A stretch of DNA of 64,000 bases from the human T2T-CHM13v2.0 reference genome, Homo sapiens (GCF_009914755.1 NC_060931.1), one strand, 5' to 3'; shown: positions 29,180 through 41,793, numbered from the stretch's first letter. Notes: generated from the sequence alone by a model not told the origin. Translations and numbers: made by a program.

Positions 29180-30100
29180 GGAAAGTGTTCAGCGTTTCCT
29201 CTCAAACGACAGGGCGGGGTGGGGTGGGGTTGGGAGGAAGGAGCTCGCAGGAGAACTGCTTGATACTTCCCGCCCCACCGCGGTTAATCACTGTCTAGAG
29301 AAGCCGAGGTTAAGTGGCTCTGACCTATCACCCATCCCGCTTAGGGTCCAGCTCAGAGAGCGGGCGCATAGGGCCTGGTGGAACAGGCTGCCCTCTGGGG
29401 ATGGGGGATTGGGGCCGCTGCTCCGGGCAGAGCCGCGGGATCCGAGCCAGCAAGGATGCTGGGACTCGCCGCGACTTCCGCCTCTGGCGATCGGCAGTGG
29501 GGGGCGCACCAAGACAGCAGTTCGGGAGCTGCGCTTTGTCACCGAGGCGGCGAGGGGCGGAGGGCGCAGAAAGGGGCCGCGGAGAAAGGACAAGGCGGCC
29601 GACCAGCTCCCAGGATGGAAAGGGACCCTCAAGGGGCTCCAGGCAGCACCTGGGGCAAGGGGAGGGACTGATACTCCCGGCCGGAGCCCAACCTGTGGCG
29701 CGTGCTTCAGTCCTGAGCCAGCGGCTCCCTGGCTTCTGGGCTGGCATCCGTCCTACCCTCCTCCCGCTGCAACACGCCCCTGATAGCCGCTCCCCCACCC
29801 TCTGAAACTCACCCGCACAGACTCACCGCCAGGCTTCTGGGCTGGGATCGCGCAGTCCCTCCACGTCGCGGCGCCCTGAGGCCCCTCCCGGTGAGCCACC
29901 CGGCCTTCGTGCCTCGCTCCCCGGATACCAACCTCACCTGGCTCCCGCGCGTCGCTCACCGCCCGCGGGGACAGCGGCCGCATCCGCCCAACCCACTTGG
30001 GAAGGGGGATCCCTATCTGGGTCTTTCAATCATACCCAAGGCATCGCAGTTTTCTGTCTGGGTGTTAGGGAAAGCAGTCCATGGTCCTGGGGCACGGCGT
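29180..30100. promoter_or_regulatory. CpG island ~7 kb upstream of EVX1
   Basis: Dense CpG/GC, G-tracts. Confidence 0.8.
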
Positions 30101-33099
30101 TAATGTCAGAGGAGAATCTGGCCCTTGGAGTCTGGACAACTTGCGTTAAAATCCTGGCTTGGCGTCTTCCCCACTGTGTAACTCTGAGCAAATTCCTCAA
30201 CCTCTCGGGGAGTCCGTTTTCCCGCTGCACGACGGGAGGGACTGTGCCTCGTCGGACGCTCAGAAGCTCAGTAGGAGGGGAGTGGGGACTAGTCTGGGCC
30301 AGGAGGGGTCTCTAGGCAAGTCAGTCCCCAGAACTCCGCATAGAGAGAGTTTTCCATTTCACGGGAGGGAGAGGCTAAGCCAGCCCAACCAGCTGGACTT
30401 CCTTGCCTGGGGTGGGGAAAGGGGGCGTCGGGGCAGTTCTCTCATCCCACACCTGGTAAACCGACTCCTCTACTCCTTATTAGGCGCCACCGAGTCTTCC
30501 GTCTTCCGGGCCCAGGAGAGGGGAAGGGGCTTTGGCCTCCTCAGCTTGGGAACTGAGAGAGACACAGGGTCAGAGAGCACACAGAGACAGAGAGACACCC
30601 GCACCCTGGAGGAAGAATTTTGGGACCATCGAGTTGTCCTCTACTACTCCACAGCCCGAAATGATGCCTCCACCCAGATTTGTGGTCCTGCATTGCCCTT
30701 GTTGGGTGGCCCTGACAGGCGCTGCAGTGGGCAGGTTCCCTCTTACAGTGCAGGGGTGGAAGAGGGTGGAGATGGTGCCCCATGGCAGGGGACTGGGAGT
30801 AGGGGGAGCAAGGTGGTCAGGTTTGTCTGGCCCTTGGATAGCCCAGTGCTTGGAAAGGATTTGTGCCTGGACAAAATCTATTAAAAACAAACAAAAGATC
30901 CTGAAAACATATCCTCCCCTGACCCCACTCCAATCTCTTCTCAATAATGTAAATGAAGCAATGTTGTAATACAGTGATAATAACAGGACAGTTCCCTGGA
31001 CTCTGGGTTTCCTTTATCCCAAAGGAAGGTCAGCCCAAGCCGAGTCCTGTCTTTTACAGGAGAAACCCCAGCGGGGTCATTCTCTCCCTGATGCAGGTCC
31101 AGAGCCTAGAGGTTTGGATGGAGGCACATGCAGAACATAAAGGATGTCCCCAGCCAGGTTGCAGGTGTGACCAGGCCTGGCCAGACTCTTGGGTTTTGCC
31201 CCTTGGACCAATCAATCCTGGAGGTCAATTTGAAGGGGGTAGCAGCCATGTAAGGGAAAATACCCTGGTAAAGCTACACTCTCTATGAAATGGCTCAGGG
31301 AATTGTGCCTGGAGTATGGTGGCTCCAAGGGTGTGGGGGATCTGGGAACTGAAGGCCAACTTCTCTGCCTCTGCATTTTCGTGGGAAGAGGGCTGATGGC
31401 TATGTGAAGGGGCCATACCTAAGAGGTTAAAACTGCCTGGGTGACCTTGGTGAGTCCTGCTCCTTTCCAGAAATGTTCTCAGGGCCTCAGTGGATTGCAA
31501 TGGTCAGAGAGGGACTGGGCTTTGTCTCTTAGGGTCTCCAGGATCAGCAGCTGCACTGATATTTCTGACATTCTGGCCTCAGGCCCTGAGACCCTTCCCA
31601 CATGCTTCGGCAGAGCAGTTCTCCTACCCTACATTCCCGAGGGTGGCTCTCCCAACCCCCTCCATGAGTTAATCTAGAAATGAGGTAGAGAAGAGGCCTT
31701 GGTCACAAAAAATCACAAGATAAATTTTTGGAAGAGAAGTCTCAGAAGGCAATGCTTAGCACCTTCCTAATTCTCAAATTGTGAAAGTGGCCTTTGAGCT
31801 GGAGGGAGGGGTTGAATCCTGATGCTCATTTACACATCAGCTTTCTGTCTGTGCTTTGGGTTTCTCAGCCACAAAATAGAGATGATTCATGCTGTCTTCC
31901 TCAGAGCCTGTTGTGAGGCTGGAGAGCTAATACATGTGAAACGCTTAGAGCAGTGACTGCTCTTATCATGTGGGAACTCCAGACTTCTAAGAGGGATTTC
32001 TCTTTGCCCTCCTGGAAAAGTATGTGTGGTGTGGGTGAGGGATGGGGGTGGCAGGGTGAGGACTAGTCCATCCAGCTGTGTGGGCCCTGAGCCTTCCAGC
32101 CATGCAGGTGCTTCTAAGGGCAGGAGGGACACTCTCTGAGAGGCCCACAGACCTGCCTAAACCCCAGTAAAGGCTGAGGCTTTGTGGAGGGTTGCCTTAT
32201 GGAGAGTTAAAGCATTGCTGGGGGTTGAGGCATCCCTGAAGGCCAGGGAGGGACATGGCCTTGGAAGGGAGACTGAGCCTGGTTTGACACTCAGCCCTGA
32301 CCTAGCTATCTGAGTCAAGACCACTAGTCATTCTACAACTGTAGGAAAAAATGCACTGTGGACTCTTGAGGCCTTTTAAAGGACTGTTAAATTAAATGAG
32401 ATTGTTAGATTAAATGAGAAATGGGTGTTGATGTTCTTTGTAATAAAAGCAAACTTCAGGACAATAATGAAGAAGAAGAATCCATAGCATCTCTGCTAGG
32501 GTTGAGGAGGGAGATGTCTGAGCCTTTGGGTGCTTGGGTGTTGGAGAATTGCTCTTGGACACAAACTGCACTGGGCCCTTCCAGTCAGTGGCTGAGGTGG
32601 CAGCAAACCTTGAGCTTGGGGAGGTCTTCAGCTGCCAGTCTCACCCTGGGTCCTCCAGCCCTAGGATGGGCCAGTGGTGGGAATGGGGATGTGGACCAGA
32701 CATCCTTAGCACAGGGCCAGGAAGCTACCAGGCTGGCCTTAAGGAGCCCAGGCAGACAGGTGTACAGGCAGGAGTGCAGCAGGGTCAGCTGCCTCCCAGG
32801 ACCTGGCCCTCCATTCCAGGAGGGTGGAGAGGAGGGGGCACTCTTCAAAATCAGAGTTCCAGAAGCCGCAGTTTCCCCCTGTCTGAAGGAGAAAGTGTTC
32901 CACGGTGCCTGCCACAGTTACACAGCTGCCACCGACTTTCTCAGCAGATTCCACTGCAGTGCAAGGAGGTGACAGGAGTGGTCAACCCTCATCTACCTGC
33001 AAGTGTGAGATCCACTCGACCTTATTCCCCAGGGGTGCACCCAGCAGTGGCACTAGGTTCCCAAAAGGGCATCAGCAGCTGCCAAGGCAGAAGGGGGAA

Positions 33100-34400
33100 G
33101 CGGGTCCCAGAACCACCCACCTCCGGCTGTCCCCACCGCGAGGACCCAGCAGTCTGGCGCCCCCACCACGGCCTGGAAGATGACGGAGGGCCCAAGACTA
33201 ATATTCACGACAGCCAGACCACGCTTATTGTTTAGAAGGAAGCTCCCTTTGTTCTTACTTTTTAACCAAAGAGAAGCGAAAACATTTTTTTCCTGATCAC
33301 ATTTTCACCGACACCTGAGCCGACAAGCCAGCTCCTGGCCCCCGGCTCAGGACTCCTCGCTCTCTCCCTTCTCGGGGCCCTGTCGCCGTTGAAAGGCCCG
33401 CTGCAGGCTGGGGAGGGTGATCGGGGCCGCGGGCCATCTCCCCCGAGCCGGGCGGGCAGACTGCGGAGGCAGGCCCCACACGCGCCGCTTTTCCGAGCCC
33501 GGTTTTCTTCAGGAGCGAAGCTGTTCCAGCTGACCCGCGCGTCTGGGGGCCTAGGCCCGGCTTCCGATTCCATTTAAAACGACCCGCGCATCTTATCTCC
33601 GTCGCCTCCCCGGGGTTCCCACCCACCCCCCTCCGGCCCGGGCCAGGCCAGCCCAGCCCCGGCGGAAGCCAAGCTGGGAGCTTTTGAAGTCCGGAGAATT
33701 TCAATCCGAGAGGAGCCGGCTGGACCGGAGCCCGTCGCCCCAGCGGGGGAAGGGACGGGGGGCCTGCCGTGTGGCAGGTGGGGGATGGGTGTCCCCCGCC
33801 GCGAGAAATGAGAAGCCGCCGGGCCTGGAGCGGCCTCCACCTCAGCTGCTATCACCCCCTCTCCGCTGTCATGGGATTGCCCAGGCTTAATGGGGTTGTG
33901 CAGGGCTTCACTTGCTCTCGGAATTTACCTTCCTTCTCGAGCCGTGCCGCGAATAACCTTCACGACACAGTGATAACGATGTTATTAAATACTCCCCCCA
34001 CATTCACCGCCCAAAAAACCAAAACAGTGTTCTTATCCAGTCCTCTCTTTTTTTGTCTTCTTTCCTTTAAAAACCCAACCGCTCTTAATGTGAGGTTGAT
34101 GAAAGGATGCTTTTGGAAGAAGTGACATTTGGTTAAAACGTTTTCCCCCTAATGCGCCGGTGGAAAGGGGCGGGGGTGGGTGTGGTTCCCTAGGCTCCTA
34201 AGACTGGCCAAACAGTCAGCTTTGAAAGAGCGGGGCAGAAGTCGGGAGAGGGCTGGGGAAGGCTTTGGGCTGAGGGGATGTGTCCCTGAAGCTTCAGATC
34301 TGGAGCCCAAGGGAGGCAACCTCCCTCTGAAAAGCCGGTCCTCTGCTCCATCCAGCCCTCTCCGCGGGATGTAAGCCCTGCTCCGTAGGGCCCGACCCAG
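33100..34400. promoter_or_regulatory. CpG island / upstream regulatory region of EVX1
   Basis: Dense CpG with embedded AT-rich motif blocks (33225-33310, 33950-34150). Confidence 0.75.
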
Positions 34401-36459
34401 GAAGCAGACTAAGTGGCACTCCTTGATCTCTCACTCCTACTCGGCTTTCATCTCACCCAGAAGAAAAGCGGATCAAACAGAGGATTCCCATTGAATGCAG
34501 AGCTGGGGGCGGGGTGGGGAGCCAGGAGTCCCTCTGAGGACCCAGCCCCCAGGAGATGGGGGCAGCAGGCTACTCACGAGAAGGTTAAGCGCTCAAGGAG
34601 GAAAGGAGGGTGGGCACCTCAAAGGCCCAGTGCTGGAGGGCCCTATAGAGAGTAGGCAACCTTGGAAGCTCTAAGACAGATGCCCAGGGGGCTTGCCATT
34701 GACAGGAAAGAGAGCAAGCCAGGTGCTCCCTCAGGCTGTGGCTGCTGGTAGGGAGGACAGAGAAAGATAGAATACCTGGACAGCTCTCCAAGGCAGGAAA
34801 AGGTTCTAGGATTTGACTCCCCTCACTCCCAATTGATCCTCTCACCTCTAAAACATTTCCCTGGATTTTGGGGCTAGCAGTGCTCAGCATATAGTGGCTT
34901 CAGGAGTCCCAAGGAGTAGAAATATCTATGTGGACACTACCTTCCGGATCCCGCTGCCTCCGCCCCCAGGCAAGATTAATGAACATCGTCTTAGACTGAA
35001 AGAGAAGTGGAAAGCCGGAGTGAAGAGGAAACTTTGTCTTTCTTTGGACCCCTTACTTCCTCTACCTTCCTTAACCCTATGGATAGGAAGATGGAGGAGA
35101 GAAGCAAAGAAGGAGAAGAATACAGAAAGAGAAAAAGGAGGAGAGAAAAGTAGGAGATAACAGATAAAAAGGTCACGGAAGAGGACTTACCTGTAAAAGC
35201 TGGGGCTTTGCTAGGGACACAGAAAGGAGGGAGGTGCTGGGCTGCCCTTTGCAGCTGGCTGCCTAGGGCTAGAAGCTCTTCGGGAGGAGGCGGAGAAAGG
35301 GGGGTTGAGCATAGAAGGTGCCCACCTCCTGCTCTCAGCAATGTGGGGATAGACTCAGCCCACCCACCTGGCCCCAGCACACTTGCTTGGAGCTCAAAAA
35401 GGGTCAGTTTGAAGGAGTTTTATACCAGCTTCTTCCCTGGGAGAGGAGCCAAGAGAGGCCTATGGCAGCTTCCAGATATTAAGTTCCACAACCCCTGCCC
35501 CCACCTCCAGCCCTTCATCAGAGCCCCTACTTACTTGCTGTTTTAGGGCATTTTCAGCGACTTCACTCTCTTCTACCTCAAACGCCATCCACTTTTGGAG
35601 ACAGGTACCACTGCCCCTAGGCAGGGACTTGGGAGAGGACCTTATGAGTCAAACCTCTATGAACCCCAACATTTTTGTACTCGGGGAGGCTGAACCCCTG
35701 CCCAAAATAGCGCGGTGAAAGCTACTGCCTTCTCCCAAGTAGGGGCCTCCAGTACTGCCACAGCAGGGGCCGCATTCCTGGCGCCTCTTCATTCGAAAAA
35801 CCTCTTTCCAGGAGACTTCGCTGATTCTGAACGAATACTTTAAAATATGGGCAAGGGAAAAAAAAAGACAACTCTTAGAAACTCTCCCCACCCAACATAC
35901 CTGGAGTGCAGGCGAGGTCCAGGCAAACGGGAAAGCGACTTCTTGTACGAATAGCCATCTCAAGATGAAGCCAGGCTGTGGAAAACTTAAGGCCATCTAG
36001 ATGGGAAGGAGGTATTTAAAAGAAATCAGCACACACTCTTACAGAAGCCAAGGCGGGTCTTTAAATTAAAAAATAATAATAAGGTATTTATTTCTTGCCC
36101 CTTAGGGAAGAAAAATAGCAAAGTTTGGTTCGCAGGAGTAAGGAGACAGAGGTGGGTAGGGAGAGGGAGGAGAAAAGAGGAAAAGATGGCCCAGCCTCAA
36201 GCTCTCCAGTCAACTTGGGGCGGGGGAATACATTTTTCCGTAGCTTGTAAAAAGACTTTTCAGCCAGTTTGAGGTTAGCTGCCAGGGGCAGACAGTTGTA
36301 ATAATGCCGACAGAATTGAGGCTTGTAAGCCGGGCTTCACACTTCTAAAATGCAGTTATGGATTCTTTCATCGGTGTTAGATCAAGGCACCAAGTTAAGA
36401 AAACAAAAGTCAAAACAACAATAAAAGAAAAAATCAAAAGCTTATTTAATTACCGAGTC

Positions 36460-38000
36460 CCGCTGCCCCTGCGGAACTCGCCGCGCGCGTTAAGCTCTCT
36501 TTTCTTTCTGCGGAATTCCATTTGCATCCCCTCTGCCTGGGTGTCTCCCTCTCTCAGTGTGTGTGTCTCTCTGTCTGTTTTCACACTCTCCTCCCCAATC
36601 GAGCGAGGCCCACACCTGGCGCATCACTGCCGAGCCATTAGCTGCGGGTTTCCTTTCATCTTCGCTGTGGCAGACGTTTCTATTTATCCACTTGCGCTCG
36701 CCGAGTGGCGTCACCAGCGGTACTGTAATGACGATTGCAGCAGGAGGATGACAGCTTAGAAAGAAGAGGGCAATGGGGCTTCCTCCCAGAGGCGGTGCGG
36801 CACAGAGGAGCGCTCGCTTCACAAGGTGACCCTAGCTCCCACCGCCACCACCGCGGTCGCGGTCCAGACCGCGCTCCAGCAGCTCCGCGCCCTCCCAGGC
36901 ACCCGGCCTTTCTTTCTCCCTCTTGCAACCAAGATCCGTCCGGCCGCTGGAGACCCAGGGAGCCGGGGTTAGGAACTCACTTGGGGCTTTCCCCTCCCCC
37001 ACCGGAGAGCCCCGGGATGGAGAGCCGAAAGGACATGGTTGTGTTTCTGGATGGGGGTCAGCTTGGCACTCTGGTTGGCAAGAGAGTCTCAAATTTGTCC
37101 GAAGCCGTGGGCAGCCCGCTGCCGGAGCCGCCCGAGAAAATGGTGCCCCGTGGTTGCCTGAGCCCTCGGGCCGTCCCTCCGGCCACCCGGGAGCGCGGCG
37201 GGGGAGGCCCGGAGGAGGAGCCGGTAGATGGACTCGCAGGCAGCGCGGCGGGGCCGGGCGCCGAGCCCCAGGTAGCTGGGGCGGCCATGCTCGGCCCAGG
37301 ACCCCCGGCCCCCTCAGTCGACAGCCTCTCCGGACAGGGGCAACCCAGTAGCTCGGACACCGAGTCGGATTTCTATGAAGAAATCGAGGTGAGCTGCACC
37401 CCGGACTGCGCCACCGGGAACGCCGAGTACCAGCACAGCAAAGGTAGCCACCGTGCCCCTCCGCTCCCCGGGCCTCCCACTGCGCCCACCCTTCACTTCG
37501 GCGCAGGCCAGGAGGAAGACACTCCCTTCCCCTAGGGCAGGATGGCTGGGGGGACCCACCTGAGCAACTCTCTCTGCTATCTGCGTTCTGGCGGGGGTCT
37601 CCTACTGTGTTCTGGCATTGGCGGGACTGAGGGTGACAGCAGTGCCTTGAGTGCGGGGTGCTGAGGGGGCGGATGCAAGTCCTGGACTTGGGGGATTCGA
37701 AGCTCACCCCAAGCACCCAGTGTTTCAACTGCTCGGGGAATGCTTCAATTGCTCGGGGAAGACACTTTCCCCAGGCGAGGGCAAGATCAAACGCCGATCC
37801 GGGCAGTTTGTGGCTGGCAGGGTGTAAGAGGCATGGAGGCGCGGAAGCCAGGAGTCCATAAAGGACCGTAAAATTGCGGCCCACTTGGGCAGCCCGGGTG
37901 CTGCAGCCCTCCGACCAGTTTGCACGTCGGTCAGAGGTCCAAATTACCTTGTCACTTCCCGGGCTTCGCGGCGCCAGGTCGGAAATGGTCCCAATGGTCT
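36460..38000 (+). promoter_or_regulatory. EVX1: EVX1 promoter / exon 1 CpG island
   Basis: CpG island spanning the 5' UTR and exon 1; CCAAT at ~36595, TATTTAT at 36681. Confidence 0.8.
37017..37443 (+). CDS. EVX1: EVX1 coding exon 1 (MESRKDMVVFLDGGQLG...EYQHSK/G)
   Basis: ATG in GGGATGG context; recognised EVX1 N-terminus; donor AAG|GTAGCC at 37443/37444, phase 1. Confidence 0.96.
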
Positions 38001-39033
38001 AATTGCCTTTGGTCTCCGGTTGCATTTGAAAAGGCAGAGATCGGGTCCTCCCCCCTTCCCCTTTCCTTCCTAGTCCCACTTCTCCACCCAAAGGAAAAGG
38101 AGCTGCAGGGGGCTGGAGCCCCACCCTTCTCAGAGGTAGGCCCAAAGGGGGGCTGGTTTAACTGGAGAACCCCTCCCCACCAAAGGCTAATGGGAAAGGG
38201 GTGGATAGCCCGGAAGGGAGTTTCCCTCTGTGCCAACAATCACCTCCCCAGAAGGGGGTAGAAAACTGGGCGCGGGTTGGTGGGGGGGAGGAGAGGGGAG
38301 CCCACCAGCAGACACTCCTCCACAGAACTGTAGGAGTGGGTGGAAAGAGCCTGGGGGCGGGGGGGAGAAAGACCACCCCCTGGTCTTGGCAGCCAACGCC
38401 TTGTTGAATACCTGCACCTACCCCTTACTATCTTATCACCGATTTCACCCAGCCTCCTTCCCATAACCCTCAGAACAACCTGGACTCCACTCACATATAC
38501 TAAGGTAATAAATAAGATACTCAACATGCATTCTCACTCCAGCCCTGCAATACACGGAACCTAGTACACATTCCCACACCTGTTCTGGCAGCCCGTCACA
38601 CATAAGAGCAAGGAAACTCTCTGAATGCCCAGCATACTACAATGCACTTGACCCAGAGTTTACAACCCTCTAGCACAAAGGTGCATCTCAACTCATGTGC
38701 CTGTCAGAAGTGCACGCCCTGCCAACGGGAGGCAGAAATCTCACCTATGCTCCAGGGCAGGTGGGAAGGGCGGCTGGGAACCCCTGTACCCAGGATGCCT
38801 TAGAGGAAGGGAAGGCCTCCCCAAAGACCTCTACCTACCCAATCAAGGGCAGGCCCTTATTTTCCCTTCTTGGGTTCCCCAGAGGCCGCAGTACCCTAGC
38901 AGAAACAGTTACTGAGGTGGCTGACAGGGTGTCCCTTCCCAAATCACCCTCCCACCTTAGGCCTACAGCCCCACTTCAATGGCGTTTGTGTGTCTGTGTC
39001 TGTACACGCCTGTGCTCTGGACTCGCTGTGCAG

Positions 39034-39290
39034 GGTCCGGCTCCGAGGCGCTGGTCGGCAGTCCGAACGGAGGGAGCGAGACCCCCAAGAGCAACGGCGG
39101 CAGTGGTGGGGGCGGCTCGCAAGGCACCCTGGCGTGCAGCGCCAGTGACCAGATGCGTCGTTACCGCACCGCCTTCACCCGAGAGCAGATTGCGCGGCTG
39201 GAGAAGGAATTCTACCGGGAGAACTACGTATCCAGGCCGCGGAGATGTGAGCTGGCGGCCGCCCTAAACCTGCCGGAAACCACCATCAAG
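39034..39290 (+). CDS. EVX1: EVX1 coding exon 2 (homeodomain helices 1-2, [45 protein letters not shown])
   Basis: Acceptor TGTGCAG|G, donor AAG|GTATGC; 257 nt restores frame (427+257=684). Confidence 0.98.
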
Positions 39291-39871
39291 GTATGCGGGG
39301 TCCAGGCTGGGGAGGCGGGTGTGCACCTATTTAGCGGGAAGTAAATGCCAACTGCCAACTCCCTGAAACGCAGGCCAGGAATCTGGGCCTGGGGTCTCCC
39401 TGCCCGGCGCGTGCAGATTGACCCTCGTGACAGCTCCTAGGCAGGCATTGCTGCCATGTGGCTGACTCTGTCCCTTTCCTGGTTAAATAGACAAGGGGTG
39501 GGCGTGGGGGAAGGGGATAGAGTGCCTGTGCGGGTGACAAGGAAGTTTCTGGGGACACGCTCTCTGCGGCCGCAGACCAATTGAGTCCATGTCCTTTCAC
39601 TGCTCCTCCCATACACACACTGGCCTCTGGCACCCCGGGGGCCTGGCCACCTGGGCAGAAGGAAGGAGGGAGCGGGCTGGAGTCACTCCCCAAACCTCTC
39701 TCGGAGGGATTCCAGCTCCAGGTGGTGGTGGTGGGGTCGGTCTCTACCCGGCTGGTGTCTGCTTTGGCTGTTCCTGCCCTGCGAACACTGTCCCCGGAGC
39801 GGGACCAGACTACTGGCCTCTGAGCATCGGGCCAAGTCCAGCTACTGAACCTGCTCCGCTCCTCTCCCCAG

Positions 39872-40411
39872 GTGTGGTTCCAGAACCGGCGCATGAAGGA
39901 CAAGCGGCAGCGCCTGGCCATGACGTGGCCGCACCCGGCGGACCCCGCCTTCTACACTTACATGATGAGCCATGCGGCGGCCGCGGGCGGCCTGCCCTAC
40001 CCCTTCCCATCGCACCTGCCCCTGCCCTACTACTCGCCGGTGGGCCTGGGCGCCGCATCCGCCGCCTCCGCCGCCGCCTCGCCCTTCAGCGGCTCGCTGC
40101 GCCCGCTCGACACGTTCCGCGTGCTGTCGCAGCCCTACCCGCGGCCCGAACTGCTGTGCGCCTTCCGCCACCCGCCGCTCTACCCCGGGCCCGCGCACGG
40201 ACTGGGCGCCTCTGCCGGCGGCCCCTGCTCCTGCCTCGCCTGTCACAGCGGCCCGGCCAACGGGCTGGCGCCCCGGGCTGCCGCCGCCTCGGACTTCACC
40301 TGTGCCTCCACCTCCCGCTCGGACTCCTTCCTCACCTTCGCGCCCTCGGTGCTCAGCAAGGCCTCCTCCGTCGCGCTGGACCAGAGGGAGGAGGTGCCCC
40401 TCACTAGATAA
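39872..40411 (+). CDS. EVX1: EVX1 coding exon 3 ([14 protein letters not shown]...EEVPLTR*); total protein 407 aa
   Basis: Acceptor CTCTCCCCAG|GTG; homeodomain helix 3; Ala/Pro-rich C-terminus; TAA stop. Confidence 0.98.
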   Translation: MWFQNRRMKDKRQRLAMTWPHPADPAFYTYMMSHAAAAGGLPYPFPSHLPLPYYSPVGLGAASAASAAASPFSGSLRPLDTFRVLSQPYPRPELLCAFRHPPLYPGPAHGLGASAGGPCSCLACHSGPANGLAPRAAAASDFTCASTSRSDSFLTFAPSVLSKASSVALDQREEVPLTR

Positions 40412-41787
40412 GGGGCCGCCGGCTGGCTGCCGGCTCCATGACGCCCGTGGGGTCACCCCCCGGCCCCGGGACTCAGCCAGCCTCGCTCCTCGCTCCTCGC
40501 TCCTCGCCCCTAGGACGCCAAGGGGGAAAGGAGAGGGCGGAAAAGGACCAGCGGGATCCGGCCGCAAGAATTGGAAAGCCTAGGAAGTGGCGGTGGCTGG
40601 CGCGTTTGGGGAGCAGGAGTGGGGATAGGGAAGCAGAGCTTGAGAGACCTTCCTCCGGGGCAGCCTCCGGACCCACCGCCCCCCACCAGGGTCGAGGCTG
40701 TAGCTCCAAAGCTAAACAAAACTTAGCAGCAACAGCAACCAATATCCAGCCCCTCGGCCCCTCGGCCCCTCACCCTCCACCTCACACTCCCTTCTCACCG
40801 GGCCCCCTCTCCCCAGCCAAGGCCCAAGCACTGGAAAGGGAAATTGCTGTCTCTCTGAACAAAATGCTGTGTATGCAGAGCAGGTAGAGATTAATCTTTG
40901 CCAGCTTTTCCAAGGCATGACAAGGGGCTGGTGGATGGCAACATACCAGTCATTTGGAGGAGAGAGTGAGAGATGATTTACTACCAGGGAGAATCCAGCC
41001 CCTTGGCATGGGACCTGGAGCCTCGACTACACAGCATCTTCTGGGTCTGGCGTCTGCCAGCACCTGATCTCTTTCCTCATTCCCAGCTTTGTGACACTTC
41101 TCAACTTGCGGCTCCATCTCTCCCTGCCCCCACTTTTTTGTTGGCCAGGGAGGCTGCAGATGTCCCAGGAGCCCTTTGCCGCTTCTATGAGGCCAAGCCT
41201 TTTTTCCCTGGGCCCAGCACACACCCTGATTAGCAAGTGATGTGTGCGAGGAGGGTTTGTGAATGTTGAATGTGTAATAATGATCACCATGGAGCTGGCC
41301 ACTGACCCCAGAGCTGAGCTGTTAACAAGGCGCCCAGGGAAGAGCTTAGGGAGTGGGAACTTCACCTCCCTCTCTCGGTATCTGGCGGTAAATTAGAGGC
41401 AATTTTCATCCTTTGCTTGTTCACCTTCACTTCACCAGGAACTTTCTGGCCCTACCCTTTGCATTGGGTATTTTACAACTTTCTCTCATTTTCTTCCCAA
41501 GCTACCACTGGAGCTTGACTTTCAGATACCAGTGGGAGCCTTCTGTCCCTTTTGGGGACCCTGTCTGTGGCCTCCACCAGGGTTTGTTTAGAGCCACTCC
41601 CAAATCCTCACTCCCACACTCATCCTTGCAGCCAGTTTTTGAGGAAGAGGAGAACGTGTAACCCCAATGCAAGCTTCACCCTGACTGAGAGGGAGTGGTT
41701 CTTCCTGTAGGGAATGAATTTGGTTTGATTTGGGGTTTTCCTTTGAAGCCCAAAGAACTTGCTGTTATGATTCGTTAACCATATTGC

Positions 41788-41793
41788 AATAAA
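41788..41793 (+). terminator. EVX1: EVX1 polyadenylation signal (3' UTR 40412 to ~41815)
   Basis: First AATAAA after the stop codon, followed by T/GT-rich TTTTAGTTTTTGTG. Confidence 0.75.

Larger units (their letters stand above)
35190..41200 (-). ncRNA. EVX1-AS: EVX1-AS antisense lncRNA (boundaries not determinable from sequence)
   Basis: An antisense lncRNA overlapping EVX1 is established knowledge; the only direct support is a minus-strand consensus donor CAG|GTAAGT at 35185-35193. Confidence 0.35.

Noticed and set aside
29124-33235. 200-240 aa ORFs at 29124, 30159 and 32534
   Set aside because: No homology recognised, no coherent splice structure, partly overlapping CpG island or MIR.
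36735-37535. 266-aa ORF as a single-exon gene
   Set aside because: It is EVX1 5' leader plus exon 1 read into intron 1; the donor at 37444 explains it.
36832-37884. 350-aa minus-strand ORF over EVX1 exon 1
   Set aside because: GC-rich shadow frame, low-complexity Pro/Arg/Gly content, no recognisable domain.
39589-40887. Several 150-270 aa alternative-frame and antisense ORFs over EVX1 exon 3
   Set aside because: Stop-codon depletion in very GC-rich coding sequence; the real frame is 39872-40411.
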